From positions 1 to 64,000 of the forward strand of contig CAXHJY010001648.1 of NCBI GenBank assembly GCA_964016885.1: 64,000 nucleotides of DNA, given 5' to 3'. Below the pieces are notes generated by a model that was not told the origin of the DNA, did not search any database, and saw only the letters and a program-made list of their open reading frames with translations. Of the stretch, positions 16,841 to 31,669 are shown one piece after another. This stretch comes from Eledone cirrhosa. Its lineage: Eukaryota. Both the position numbers and the translations under genes were made by a program. Numbering within the stretch: the first letter of the stretch is position 1; the number at the start of each line of letters is the position of its first letter.

Positions 16841-17033
16841 ATGATATTAAATAAATGGAAACTATATTCATAAAACCATAATTATTGTATTATATATATT
16901 TCAAGGGTACCAAAAGACTTTGGTACGCTTTCTTCTATAATAAAATAAATATGGTTTTATAAATATAGTTTCCATTTATTTAATATCATTGAATATTTAC
17001 TCCAGGAACTTGTTGAGTGCTCGAAATCAGTTA
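16841..17033 (+). mobile_element. Family A fold-back mini-element with truncated HHR
   Basis: Minus arm: (..)GAAGA-aagcgtacca..tggtaccctt-GAAA tatata TA. The + arm starts at about the cleavage site. Confidence 0.75.
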
Positions 17034-17055
17034 TATATATCTATCTATCTATCTA

Positions 17056-17164
<109 letters not shown>

Positions 17165-17471
17165 ATGTATTGACCTGGAATGGACCCAATTATTCTGACT
17201 CTCTTCCTTTGAGTGTCTTCAGTAATAATATAACTACCGTGTCATTGAACTTTATTCCAGTTATATTGCAGATTCAAGTGTTCGCAGTCTATAAGGTTTT
17301 ATAAAATGTTTTAATGCTGCTTCTTCTTAATCGCCCATTTATTTTCTTTCCATATGGTGATTACACATGTCTTAGCCGATTAGGTGATATATGTATATGT
17401 GTGCGTGTGTATAAATATGTGTGCGTGTGCATAAATATATATATATATATATATAGATATATATATATACA

Positions 17472-17674
<203 letters not shown>

Positions 17675-17675
17675 C

Positions 17676-17755
<80 letters not shown>

Positions 17756-17764
17756 TATATATAC

Positions 17765-17823
<59 letters not shown>

Positions 17824-17832
17824 TATATATAC

Positions 17833-17895
<63 letters not shown>

Positions 17896-17898
<3 letters not shown>

Positions 17899-18500
17899 TG
17901 TAGTTTAGAAAGCCGCAACAATGCAGATGGGAAATCTCGAGGTAGGAAGTGAGTGAGAAATAGGAGAAAAGTGAAAATTGAGAGAAACGAAAAAGGAAAA
18001 GAAAACAAAGGTAGAAGGGTTACCGTAGTGGAGATTTAATCCCAATATTTCGGGCTCACGCCCATCAACGGGGGAAAGTTCGAAAATGGGGGGAACAGGC
18101 TCAGCCGGAGAAAGTTGTATTGTCGTTAAAACATAGGAATGCAGTTATGGGGAAAATTCAAACGAGGGAAAGAAAGCGCGTGCGCGTGATAGGCTATGGC
18201 AAAATCTACTGACCAATTGGGTTAAATCAATAGGGTGCGCTAGCGTGTGAAAGCCGTAAAATATGTGTGTGTAAAATATATGTGTGTGTAACTGTGTGTG
18301 TATATGTGTATGTGTGTATGTATGTGAGTGTGTGTGTGTGTGTGAAAGATAGTGGGCCGTAGAAGCTGGAATTCAATTTTCACTTTTCTCCTATTTCTCA
18401 CTCACTTCCTACCTCGAGATTTCCCATCTGCATTGTTGTGGCTTTCTAAACTACATATTTTACATATTTCATAATGCTTCAAGCAAACTTTAACACCCTC
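17896..18500 (+). mobile_element. Inverted-arm element in (TA)n, degenerate HHR-like motif
   Basis: Arms 17896-17980 and 18374-18459 plus tail. Minus strand at ~18038-18075: tccc ccgttga t gggc gtga gccc GAAA tatt ggga. Confidence 0.6.
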
Positions 18501-18517
18501 ATATATATATATATACA

Positions 18518-18585
<68 letters not shown>

Positions 18586-18824
18586 TTATATATATACACC
18601 ATTAAGAAAAGTAAGCGCATCAATAGACAAACTATCTGGTTCTCTCCTCCCTTCTCACTCAACGTTAAAACCAATGTAGAAAAAGTATTTCTGGCCCTCT
18701 TAGATAGACACTTTCCCATAGGTCATAAATACCGATCCATCTTTAACCGACACAAAGTTAAACTAGGATACTCTTGCGCTAAGAACATGAAGGCCCACAT
18801 CACCAACAGCCCTAGCAGCAACCA

Positions 18825-19277
18825 ATGTGCTCTTGCCGTAAGCCTGAAGTTTGCCCCCTTCAACAGCAATGCAACACACCAGCTGTAATTTATGAAGCTG
18901 TGGTCACTTCCAACCGACCAAACGAACCACAGGAGGTCAAATCCTATGTGGGCATGACGGAGGGACGATTTAAGGAACGTTTCCTGAACCACCAGTCTAC
19001 CTTCAGGTACCGGGACAGACGATCAACCACGAAACTCGCGAGCCTCGTATGGTCCCTCGAGGTCTCAAGTATAGACTACTCCATTCAATGGAAAGCCATC
19101 ACTAAGTCCAAGCCATACGCAAGGGGAAATCCGACGTGTGGCTTATGTACTGACGAACGAATAACTATTCTAAAGAGATTACGCAATAGTGATTGCCTAA
19201 ACACGAGAAATGAATGTTTTACACTTTGTCCACACGTTGCCAAACACCTATTGGATAACTACAAGGCTCCGGACTGA
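18825..19277 (+). pseudogene. GIY-YIG endonuclease domain of the PLE ORF (5' truncated, frameshift at ~18825)
   Basis: VIY..YVG, conserved R/H and CxxC..E motifs, preceded by a Cys-rich linker. Confidence 0.85.
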
Positions 19278-19439
19278 TTATTTGTAATTTTATTTTCAAC
19301 CTAAAAACGTTTCGGACTTTCGTAGTTATCCGCCTTACACCTCTCGCACGCATTCTAGTATTGCCTGTTTGAAGTGACCGGGTTTCTGCGCATGCGCGTT
19401 CGTACGGTTGTCGTTCCTGTTCCTATAACCATGCCCATT

Positions 19440-19479
19440 CCGAGCTGAGGATCCGCTAAGGTAAAACAATTGTTCTTGG
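19440..19479 (+). ncRNA. Degenerate hammerhead in PLE 3' pseudo-LTR
   Basis: ccgag-CTGAGGA-tcc gctaa ggt-AAAAC(for GAAAC) aatt GTT-cttgg. Confidence 0.55.
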
Positions 19480-19573
19480 TATGGTGACCTAACTGTTGTG
19501 TAACCACTTCTACCTAACTCGTCCCATGGACTGAGTGCTCTACCACTACGGATATTACCTTCCAGTGTTCCAC

Positions 19574-19612
<39 letters not shown>

Positions 19613-19617
<5 letters not shown>

Positions 19618-19742
19618 GAGTTGTGGTAAGGAACCAGATGGACCATAACGCACCAGAGTACTCAATACTTAGGGTAGTAGAGTGGGTAATAAAAAAATGT
19701 TTGACCCCGACGGCAGAGCTCAAGCCATTTCGACAGCTATTT

Positions 19743-19745
<3 letters not shown>
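19613..19745 (-). mobile_element. Family E element, truncated
   Basis: Homology to 51208-51402. Confidence 0.7.
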
Positions 19746-19775
<30 letters not shown>

Positions 19776-20284
19776 TGGAAATAGCACGGAAAATATATTT
19801 TAGGGTCTGTTTTTCTTTATTTTCCCTTTCTTTGATTCGTAAAAGTGACATTATGGAAAAAATGAGCGGGGCAATTCTTTTAAAAAATGGAAAAAACAGT
19901 TTTATAATGTAAATAAAGTATATAAAGTATAACCGGTTTCAATGTACTATTAAAATTCATCTTATCAAATGTTGAGTATTACAATTAAAAAGAATTAATT
20001 TGAATTAAAAATGTCAACATGAATGGACCTGTTATTTTTATGTAAAGACATTTTTTTCCAATTCCAACCCGCCCGTCCCCTCAATCTATCTTATTTCTCA
20101 TTCTTCCTTCTGATTAAGGACTAGCATCCGAAACATTAAGACCCTCTTCCTGCTATACAAAGCGTTAACCTAATATATCCCTTCCATATACTGTACCGAT
20201 TCTGTTTAACATTTGAATATATATATATATATATATAAATACAAAGTGATAAAACGCTCAAATTTTAGTTTAGAACATTTATTT

Positions 20285-20337
20285 GCTGACAATTGTTTCT
20301 TCCAGACTTTCAGAGGGAAGTCTGGAATCATCCGAGC
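20285..20337 (-). ncRNA. Hammerhead-like ribozyme, U4G core
   Basis: gct-CGGATGA-ttccagactt..aagtctggaa-GAAAC aatt GTC-agc-aaataaa. Confidence 0.55.
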
Positions 20338-20510
20338 TTAGGGAATATCAAAACATGTGACTAAAATCATACCGGTAACCGGCTAGTACTCAGTACTATC
20401 TTCCATATTTATAATTGTATTAAACATATATAAATATATATATTCTTATTACTATATATATATATATTATTAATAGTAATAAATGGAAAATATCACGATA
20501 GCATCATATT

Positions 20511-20570
20511 TATTTTATTATACGTATTTCAAGGATACCAAATTATGGTATGCTTTCATCAGATAAAATA
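20511..20570 (-). ncRNA. Type I hammerhead ribozyme (family A-related)
   Basis: tattttat-CTGATGA-aagcatacca taatt tggtatcctt-GAAA tacgta TA-ataaaata. Confidence 0.88.
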
Positions 20571-20770
20571 CAATGTTGTATGTATAAGATAGTGACGTCC
20601 CCAATGTACACATTTCAAACGTCAGCTTACTGTGGAGATGTGGAATAAAAACTTAAAATGTTTATCTGTTCAATATATCCCTGTTAATGTATATCCTGTG
20701 AAAGTTTGAGTTTTATATATATATATACTCACGTATGTACACACACACACACACAAACAAACACACACAC

Positions 20771-20842
<72 letters not shown>

Positions 20843-20843
20843 G

Positions 20844-21300
20844 TACGATATTAAAAGATGGAAACTATATTTATAAAACCATATTTATTTCATTATACAC
20901 ATTTCAAGGACACCAAGTTAAATTATGGTGTGCTTTCATCAGAGAAAATATAATATAGATCAGTTTTATAAATAAATATTGACATACCCTTAAAGAATGC
21001 AACCATTACTGTTGTAAGCTCCCGGATAGCTCCCGGAAGCTTCCAACAGTAATGGTTGCATTCTTTAAGGGTATGTCAATATTTATTTATAAAACTGATC
21101 TATATTATATTTTATCTGATGAAAGCACACAATAATGTAACTTGGAGTCCTTGAAATATCTATAATGAAATATATATGGTTTTATAAATATAGTTTCCAT
21201 TTGTTAATATCGTATTTTTACTCCAAATATTTGTTGAGTGCTTTATTATATCAGTTATAAAAATATTTGCTTGTATCCCAACAATTTAAATAGAACTTTT
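20844..21300 (+). mobile_element. Family A fold-back mini-element, HHR in both arms
   Basis: Arms 20844-~21020 and ~21037-21214, tail to 21300. HHR at 20886-20950(-) and 21108-21172(+), each CTGATGA..GAAA..TA. Confidence 0.85.
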
Positions 21301-21356
<56 letters not shown>

Positions 21357-21953
21357 AACACAAATTTTGTGTTTACTTTTAATTAGATTCATTTTATATA
21401 CATAACTTTGTTCATGTACCGTTCGATAATATTGTATTTTCAGTAAAATATACGCACATCTATGAAGTAGGTTTCCTATTGTTATATTATATTTACAATT
21501 TACATGAAAAATTTCTAATAAATTATATAAATTTCATAGTTGTATCTATATTTATAACTAATTTATAGCTAAAACTAACGAAATATTTATTATATATATA
21601 TATATTTATTATATATGTATAATCTGTATTATATATGTATAATATTTATTACATATGTATAATATTTATTATATATATATAATATTTATTATATATATGT
21701 ATAATATTTATTAAATAAGTATTTATATTATATATATATAAGCATTTTTTTTAAATTATATATCTCTATACTTGTGCTTTTAATTTTTTTTTATAATTTC
21801 ATTTATTTCAAATTTTAATATTAATTTGCTTTTGTTAAACCGCTGATAATTTTCAATCGGCTATTGAATATTTTGAAATTTTATTATCCTAACTAAAAAA
21901 AAAATTCAGCTATCGATCATGGATTGTATCTGATAGATTTTAAAAGCCTGTTT

Positions 21954-21967
21954 GTTTCCATAGCAAC
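21954..21967. promoter_or_regulatory. RFX X-box-like motif
   Basis: GTTTCC AT AGCAAC matches the X-box consensus. No associated gene identified. Confidence 0.25.
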
Positions 21968-22016
21968 AGAAATTTTATGTTTGTCTATTAAATGTCTGTA
22001 TGAGATATAAATATGA

Positions 22017-22093
22017 ATGTATATATATATATGTGTGTGTATATGTCTATATGTATCTATATATATTTATATATGTATATATATATATGAGTG

Positions 22094-22124
<31 letters not shown>

Positions 22125-22232
22125 ATATGTATGTATGTATATATATGTAAGTATATATATGTAGTATATATATACATATGTATGTATGCATATATATATG
22201 TATATGTATGTATATATATATGTATGCATATA

Positions 22233-22269
<37 letters not shown>

Positions 22270-22500
22270 GTATATATATATATGTATGCATATATATATA
22301 TATGTATGCATATATATATATGTATGTATATATATATATATGTATGAATATATATATGTATGCATATATATATGTATGCATATATATATGTATGCATATA
22401 TATATGTATGCATATATATATATGTGTATATATAAATATGTATGTATATATATGTGTGTGAATATATATATATATGTATGTATATATATATATATGTATG

Positions 22501-22533
<33 letters not shown>

Positions 22534-22574
22534 ATATATATATATGTATGTATATATATATATATATATGTATG

Positions 22575-22605
<31 letters not shown>

Positions 22606-22618
22606 ATATATATATATG

Positions 22619-22665
<47 letters not shown>

Positions 22666-22818
22666 ATATATATATATATGTATGTATATATATATATATA
22701 TATGTATGTATATATATATGTATGTATATATATATATATATGTATGTATATATATATATATATATATGTATGTATATATATATGTATGTATATATATATA
22801 TATATGTATGTATGTACG

Positions 22819-22851
<33 letters not shown>

Positions 22852-23238
22852 ACACATATATATGTATGTATATATATATAGATATGTGTGTATACATACA
22901 TATGTACATATATATGTATATATATATATATATATATATGCATATATATATATATATGCATATATATATATGTATGCATATATATATATGTATGCATATA
23001 TATATATATGTATTCATATATATATATGCATGCATATATATGTATGCATATATATATGTATGCATATATATTTGTGAATACATGTATATTTCTATGCATA
23101 TATATATGTATGTATATATGTATATATATATGCATGTATTTATATATATATATATGCATGTATGTATATATATATATATATGTATGTATATGTATGTATA
23201 TATATATATATATATATGTATGTATATATATATGTATT

Positions 23239-23269
<31 letters not shown>

Positions 23270-23701
23270 ATATATGTATTTATATATTTAAATATATGTA
23301 TATATATATATATGTATGTACATATATATGTATCTATATATATAAATATATATACATACATATATATATACATACATATATATATATATACATACATGCA
23401 TATATATATACATATATACATAAATATATATATATATGTATGCATATATATATATGTACATATATATATATATATAGGTATGCATATATATATATAGTTA
23501 TGCATATATATATATATAAATATATATGTATGCATACATATATATATATATATACATACATATATATATATATGCATACATATATATATATATATACATA
23601 CATATATATATATATATATATACATACATACAAATATATATACATACATATATATATATGCATACATACATATATACATACAGACATATATATACATACA
23701 A

Positions 23702-23738
<37 letters not shown>

Positions 23739-24266
23739 CATACATACATATATATTCATACATACATACATATATATATGCATACATACATATATATATA
23801 TAAATATATAGGTATGCATATATATTTATATATAGGTATGTATATATATATAGGTATGCATATATATGTAGGTATGCATATATATATATATATATATATG
23901 TAGGTATGCATAGATATATACATATATGCCTATATATATGTATGTATATATGTATTCATATATATATATATGTATGTATAAATGTATGCAAATATATATA
24001 TGTATGTATAAATGTATGCAAATATATATATGTATGTATATATGTATGCATATATATATGTATGTATATATGTATGCATATATATATATGTATGTATATA
24101 TGTATGCATATATATATATATGCATATTAATATGTATATATATGTGTGTGTATATATAAATATGTATGTATATATATATATGAATGTATATATGTGTATG
24201 TATATACGTATGTATATATATGTGTATGTATATACGTATGTATATATATATATGTATATACGTATG

Positions 24267-24355
<89 letters not shown>

Positions 24356-24356
24356 G

Positions 24357-24403
<47 letters not shown>

Positions 24404-24512
24404 TTATGTATATATATATATTTATGTATATAAATATATTTATGTATATATATTTATGTATATATATATATTTATGTATATATATATATTTATGTATATA
24501 TATATATTTATG

Positions 24513-24557
<45 letters not shown>

Positions 24558-24655
24558 TTATGTATATATATATATGCATGTATATATATATGTATGTATA
24601 TAAATATGTATATATATTTGTATGTATATATATATATATATACGTATGTATACAT
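22017..24655. repeat. Compound (TA)n/(TATG)n/(CATA)n microsatellite
   Basis: Direct inspection. Confidence 0.95.
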
Positions 24656-25133
24656 ATGTCAGGTCACCAGTTGGTGCTACCGGTAACATGTATCCCAGTA
24701 CAACCTGTCTCATGGTCGGGTCGTTGGCGACTAAACTGGCAACAGCACCAATGTTTCTTGGTGAGGAGGGTGACTTTGGACATCCTGCAGGAGTAAAAAC
24801 AAAACCTGTCATTGGGAAAGGGAGCTCTTAAGAGTCAATGGCCATCCAAAATCAGCGGGAGAGATGACCCCTTAGCCTTTGTCAAGGCAGAATTCTAGGA
24901 GAAGGAAAACTCTGATATAACACATTGCTTTATATCTGGAGATCTCTCTGCACTTGTCGTTACATGGTACCATGGGCCCAGCACTATGTGTCAATAATTG
25001 TTACAAGTGTAGTGATTGTACCAGAGTTTTCAAGTCGCTGGCTGGACTAAAAAGTCACACTCGTTCAGCTCATCGGTAGGGGTTCTCCTACATGGATATA
25101 AAGTAGTGGCTCGAAAACGAGTTGGCAGCCACC
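24656..25133 (+). mobile_element. RTE-derived non-autonomous element with internal deletion
   Basis: Same ends as 27553-28162 but lacks ~130 bp after ctgatataa. Confidence 0.75.
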
Positions 25134-25318
25134 ATGTATATATATGTATGTATTTATATGTATGCATATATATATATATGTATGTATATATATGTATCCA
25201 TATATATATAAATATACGTACGCTTATATATATATATATATATATATATGTATGCATATATATATAAATATATGTACGCATATATATATATGTATGCATA
25301 TATATATATATGTGAGCA

Positions 25319-25359
<41 letters not shown>

Positions 25360-25704
25360 GTATATATATATATGTATGCATATATATATGTATGCATATA
25401 TATATGTATGTATATATACATGTATGTATATATATATGTATGCATATATATATGTATGTATGTATATAAATATGTATATATATGTATGTATATATATATA
25501 TGTATGTATATACATATATGTATGTATATATATATATGTATGTATGTATATATATATATATGTATATATATATATGTATGTATATATGTATGTATATATA
25601 TGTATATATATATATGTATGTATATATGTATGTATATATATATATATATATGTATGTATATATGTATGTATATATATATATATATATGTATGTATATATG
25701 TATG

Positions 25705-25737
<33 letters not shown>

Positions 25738-25794
25738 ATGTATGTATGTATATGTATGTATATATATATGAATGTATATATATATGTATGTATG

Positions 25795-25831
<37 letters not shown>

Positions 25832-25964
25832 TTATATATATATATATATATATGTATGTATATATATATGTATGTATATTTATATATGTATGTATATATA
25901 TATGTTTATATATGTATGTATATATATATGTATATATATGTATATATATGTATGTATATATATG

Positions 25965-26001
<37 letters not shown>

Positions 26002-26002
26002 G

Positions 26003-26035
<33 letters not shown>

Positions 26036-26082
26036 GTATATGTATGTATATATATGTATATGTATGTATATATATGTATATG

Positions 26083-26114
<32 letters not shown>

Positions 26115-26358
26115 TATATGTATGAGAGACGTAAAATAAAAAAATTATAAAATTAACTTACTTACTAAAATATCACTTCCAACTAAATAGTTTCTGGAAT
26201 GGAATAAATATGTATATATATATATATATGTATATATATATGTATATATATGTATATATATATGTAATGGAAACATTTGAACAGGGACAAAACAGAGAGA
26301 GGGACTTGATGTCTTGGGTGAAGAGGAATGTATATATATATATGTATATATGTATATA

Positions 26359-26402
<44 letters not shown>

Positions 26403-26446
26403 TGTATATGTATATATATATATATATAAATATGTATATCTATATA

Positions 26447-26838
26447 TACGATATTAAATAAATGGAAACTATATTTATAAAATCATATTTATTTCACTAT
26501 ATATATTTCAGGGATATCATATTAACAATATGTTATGCCTTCTTCAGACAAAATACAATATAGACAGTTTTATAAATAAATAGATTTGACATACCGTTCA
26601 ACATCGACTTGTATTTGAAAAGTTGATTTGGCTGTCTATATTGTATTTTGTCTGAAGAAGGCATAACATATTGTTAATATGATATCCCTGAAATATATAT
26701 AGTGAAATAAATATGGTTTTATAAATATAGTTTCCATTTATTTAATATCGTAAATATACTCCAAATACTTGTTGAGTGCTTTTATATCAGTTATAAATAT
26801 TTACTAGTTGTAACCCAACAATTTAAATATAACTTTCC
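26447..26838 (+). mobile_element. Family A fold-back mini-element, HHR in both arms
   Basis: Arms 26447-26567 and 26632-26752, plus tail. HHR at 26644-26709(+): CTGAAGA-aggcataacatatt gtt aatatgatatccct-GAAA tatata TA. Mirror copy at 26490-26555(-). Confidence 0.85.
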
Positions 26839-26845
26839 ATATATC

Positions 26846-26878
<33 letters not shown>

Positions 26879-26939
26879 CTATATATGTATATATATGTAT
26901 ATGTATATATATGTATATATATATATATGTATATATATG

Positions 26940-26970
<31 letters not shown>

Positions 26971-27180
26971 GTTTGTATATATATGTATGTATATATATGT
27001 ATATATATAATATATGTAAGTATATATATGAATGTATATATATGTATATATATAATATATGTAAGTATATATATGCATGTATATGTATATATATATATAT
27101 GTTTGTATATATATGTATATATATATATCTATATATATAATATATGTAAGTATATATATGCATGTATATATATATATATG

Positions 27181-27232
<52 letters not shown>

Positions 27233-27376
27233 TATGTATGTATATATATATATGTATATATATGTATATGTATATATATATGTATGTATATATATATATG
27301 TATATATATATGTATGTATATATATGTATATATATATATATGTATATATGTATGTATATATATATATGTATATATA

Positions 27377-27465
<89 letters not shown>

Positions 27466-27466
27466 G

Positions 27467-27527
<61 letters not shown>

Positions 27528-27552
27528 GTATGTATATATATATATATATATT

Positions 27553-28162
27553 ATGTCAGGTCACCAGTTGGTGCTACTGGTAACATGTATCCCAGTACAA
27601 CCTGTCTCATGGTCGGGTCGTTGGCGACTAAACTGGCAACCCCACCGAGGTTTCTTGGTGAGGAGGGTGACTTTGGACATCCTGCAGGACTAAAAACAAA
27701 ACCTGTCAAAGGGCAAAGGAGCTCTTAAGAGTCAATAGCCATCCAAAATCACCGGGAGAGATGACCCCTTAGCCTTTGTCAAGGCAGAATTCTAGGAGAA
27801 GGAAAACTCTGATATAATACCTGCAACCCTGATGGTATCCAATGATGTTGACTTGTTCTTCTTTTTGGTAAATATCATCTTGGTTAAGAGAGTGGGACTG
27901 GCTTTGTGCAGTGCCTTTGCTCACTATAAAAGCTTCACGGCACAGGCATTGCTTTGTATCTGGAGATCTCTTTGCACTTGTCGTCACATAGTACCATGGG
28001 CCCAGCACTATGTGTCAATAATTGTCACAAGTGTAGTGTTTGTACCAGAGTTTTCAATACGCTGGCTGGACTAAAAAGTCACACTTGTTCAGGGCATCGG
28101 TAGGAGTTCTCCTACATGGATATAAAGTAGTGGCCGTACTCGAAAACGAGTTGGCAGCCACC
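27553..28162 (+). mobile_element. Apparently full-length (~610 bp) RTE-derived non-autonomous element
   Basis: RTE-like 5' UTR motif ctaggagaaggaaaactctga joined to an RTE C-terminal zinc-finger remnant and 3' stem-loop. Same 5' end as the 24656 copy. Confidence 0.72.
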
Positions 28163-28677
28163 ATATATATATATGTATGTATGTGTCTATATATATATAT
28201 GTGTGTATGTGTCTATGTATATATGTGTATGTATGTGGATATATATATGTATATGTGTGGATATATATGTATATGTGTATGTATATGGATATATATGTGT
28301 ATATGGATATATATATATGTGTGTGTATGTGTATATATATATATATATGTATGTGTATGTATGTGTATGTATGTATGTATATGTATATATGTGTATGTAT
28401 GTGTATGTGTATATGTATGTATGTATGTGTATATGTGTATATGTATGTATGTATGTGTATATGTGTATATATATGTATGTATGTGTATGTGTATATATGT
28501 ATGTATGTGTATATGTGTGTATATGTGTATGTATGTGTATGTATATATATGTATGTATGTGTATGTATATGTATGTATGTGTATGTATATGTGTATATGT
28601 GTATGTATGTATGTGTATATATATATATGTATGTGTATGTATATATATATATATATATGTATGTGTATATATATGTT

Positions 28678-29086
28678 GGGAGAGATGACCCCTTAGCCTT
28701 TGTCAAGGCAGAATTCTAGGAGAAGGAAAACTCTGATATAACACCTGCAACTCTGATGGTATCCAATGATGTTGACTTGTTCTTCTTTTTGGTAAATATC
28801 ATCTTGGTTAAGAGAGTGGGACTGGCTTTGTGCAGTGCCTTTGCTCACTATAAAAGCTTCACGGCACAGGCATTGCTTTATATCTGTATATCTCTCTGCA
28901 CTTGTCATCACATGGTACCATGGGCCCAGCACTATGTGTCAATAATTGTCACAAGTGTAGTGTTTGTACCAGAATTTTCAAGTCACTGGCTGGACTAAAA
29001 AGTCACACTTGATTAGCACATCGGTAGGGGTTCTCCTACATGGATATAAAGTAGTGGCCGTACTCGAAACCGAGTTGGCAGCCACC
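28678..29086 (+). mobile_element. RTE-derived element, 5'-truncated
   Basis: Homology to 27553-28162. Confidence 0.75.
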
Positions 29087-29287
29087 ATATATATATATAT
29101 ATATTTATATATGTATGTATATATATATATATTTATATATGTATGTATATATATATATATTTATATATGTATGTATATATATATATATTTATATATGTAT
29201 GTATATATATATATATATATATTTATATATGTATCTATATATATATATATATTTATGTATATATATATATATATATATATATTTATG

Positions 29288-29331
<44 letters not shown>

Positions 29332-29359
29332 GTTATATAAGTATTTACCCATGTTTTAT

Positions 29360-29437
29360 ATTGCCTCGTCTGACGAACGAATGAAGTCGTTTATTTCGTA
29401 TTCGCCTCATTCGGGAAACCTCTGGTAATGAGGTAAT
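29360..29437 (+). ncRNA. Type I hammerhead ribozyme
   Basis: attgcctcgt-CTGACGA-acgaatga..tcattcgg-GAAACC tct GGTA-atgaggtaat (10-bp stem I). Confidence 0.88.
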
Positions 29438-29454
29438 TATATTGTATTGATTTT

Positions 29455-29499
29455 TATACATTATATATATTTATATATATATATATATATTTATGTATG

Positions 29500-29534
<35 letters not shown>

Positions 29535-29551
29535 ATATATATATATTTATG

Positions 29552-29598
<47 letters not shown>

Positions 29599-30029
29599 TT
29601 ATATATATATATATTTATGTATGTATATATATATTTATATATATATTTATATATATATATATATAAATATATATGTATGTATATATATATATATATATAT
29701 TTATGTATGTATATATATATATATATATATATTTATGTATGTATATATATATATATATATATATTTATGTATGTATATATATATATATATATATATTTAT
29801 GTATGTATATATATATATATATATATATTTATGTATGTATAGATATATATATATATATATTCATGTATGTATATATATATATATATTTATGTATGTATAT
29901 ATATATATATATTTATGTATGTATATATATATATATATTTATGTATGTATATATATATGTATGTATATATATATGTATGTATATATATATATATATATGT
30001 ATGTATATATATATATATATATATGTATG

Positions 30030-30066
<37 letters not shown>

Positions 30067-30559
30067 GTATGTATATATATATATATATATATATTTATGT
30101 ATGTATATATATATATATATGTATGTATATATATATATATATGTATGTATATATATATATTTATGTATGTATATATATATATATATGTATGTATATATAT
30201 ATATATGTATGTATATATATATATATGTATGTATATATATATATATATATGTATGTATATATATATATATATATGTATGTATATATATATATATATATAT
30301 GTATGTATATATATATATATTTATGTATGTATATATATATATATATTTATGTATGTATATATATATATATATAAATATATATGCATGTATATATATATAT
30401 ATATATATTTATGTATGTATATATATATAAATATATATTTATGTATGTATATATATATATATATATTTATGTATGTATATATATATATATATATTTATAT
30501 ATGTATATATATATATATATATATTTATGTATGTATATATATATATTTATTTATATATG

Positions 30560-30602
<43 letters not shown>

Positions 30603-30685
30603 GTATGTATATATTTATATATGTATGTATATATGTATGTATATATTTATATATGTATGTATATATATATATATATATATTTATG

Positions 30686-30722
<37 letters not shown>

Positions 30723-30785
30723 GTATGTATATATATATTTATATATGTATGTATACGTATATATCTGTGTGTGTGTATGTATATT
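29455..30785. repeat. (TA)n/(TATG)n microsatellite
   Basis: Direct inspection. Confidence 0.95.
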
Positions 30786-31669
30786 TTAAACAAACACAAG
30801 CACCCATACTCTGAAATGTATAACAGACATGTTTACTTATGAATATTATATATCTATATTGTTTCCTTAAAGTTTCTTTGATATAACTGATATTAAACCT
30901 ACAACAATGCTTCCTTCCCAATTTAATATCCCCTATAATATCCATAGTCTTTTAATATATCATTTTTATTTCATATTATTCTCACGATATTTTCCTTCCT
31001 TCAGGTTGCTATGCGGAATATAGAGCATAGAAAGAAATTATGAAAAATATAACGATTTTATATGGTTTGTTTAAATCACATGAAACATTTTTTTTAAAAT
31101 TTAATGTATGTATTTCGAAAATGTTTTTTTTAGTTAATGGTGATGAGTTTCATACGATAGCAACATTTGTTGAATTTTTAATAATTTCGTCACAGAAGCA
31201 TTGGAAGTCATTCTAAACTATTGATGCCCTCTCATAAAATGGTCTGCTTCAATCGGTCGATATATGTCCTGAGAGTTTTCAGTTTAGTCATTGTCTACAA
31301 AATAAGAAGCGTATATAAGGAGACACCAATTTTTGAGACTGTGGGTAATTGAGCTAAGTTTTAAATCTGAACAACCCAATCTCTCGGCGTCGATGACGTT
31401 TACTTTTTCCCAAAATAAGTCTCAAAAATCTACCACGTGTCCTGGGGGCCGAAGGTAGTTTACTATATTTTTTCAAATATTTAATTTTCAATATTAGAGT
31501 GCGTCCTCGAGGACGAAATGTCGTCAGCGCCGGGAAATACGGTATGTATAGTCTTGTAACTCCTGATAGAGTCGTAGTGCGCCTTATTGACATATGGCGT
31601 ATCTTGGGCATTTTAAGCCTGGCGGAGCCGATTCCCCTTCAGGACTGAGTACTGTAGATTTCTTGCAGA

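Larger units (their letters stand above)
18598..19578 (+). mobile_element. Penelope-like retroelement 3' fragment (probably Naiad-type), flanked by (TA)n
   Basis: IWFSPPFSLNVKTNV..FL.LLDRHFP..FNRHKVKLGYSC, then after a frameshift CSCRK..CPL..C, IYEA..YVGMTEGRFKERFLNH..CGLC..E (GIY-YIG). The 3' UTR carries an HHR remnant. Confidence 0.88.

Noticed and set aside
18825-19440. Selenocysteine recoding, reported for some Naiad PLEs
   Set aside because: No in-frame TGA at Cys positions in the fragment and no SECIS that I can identify.
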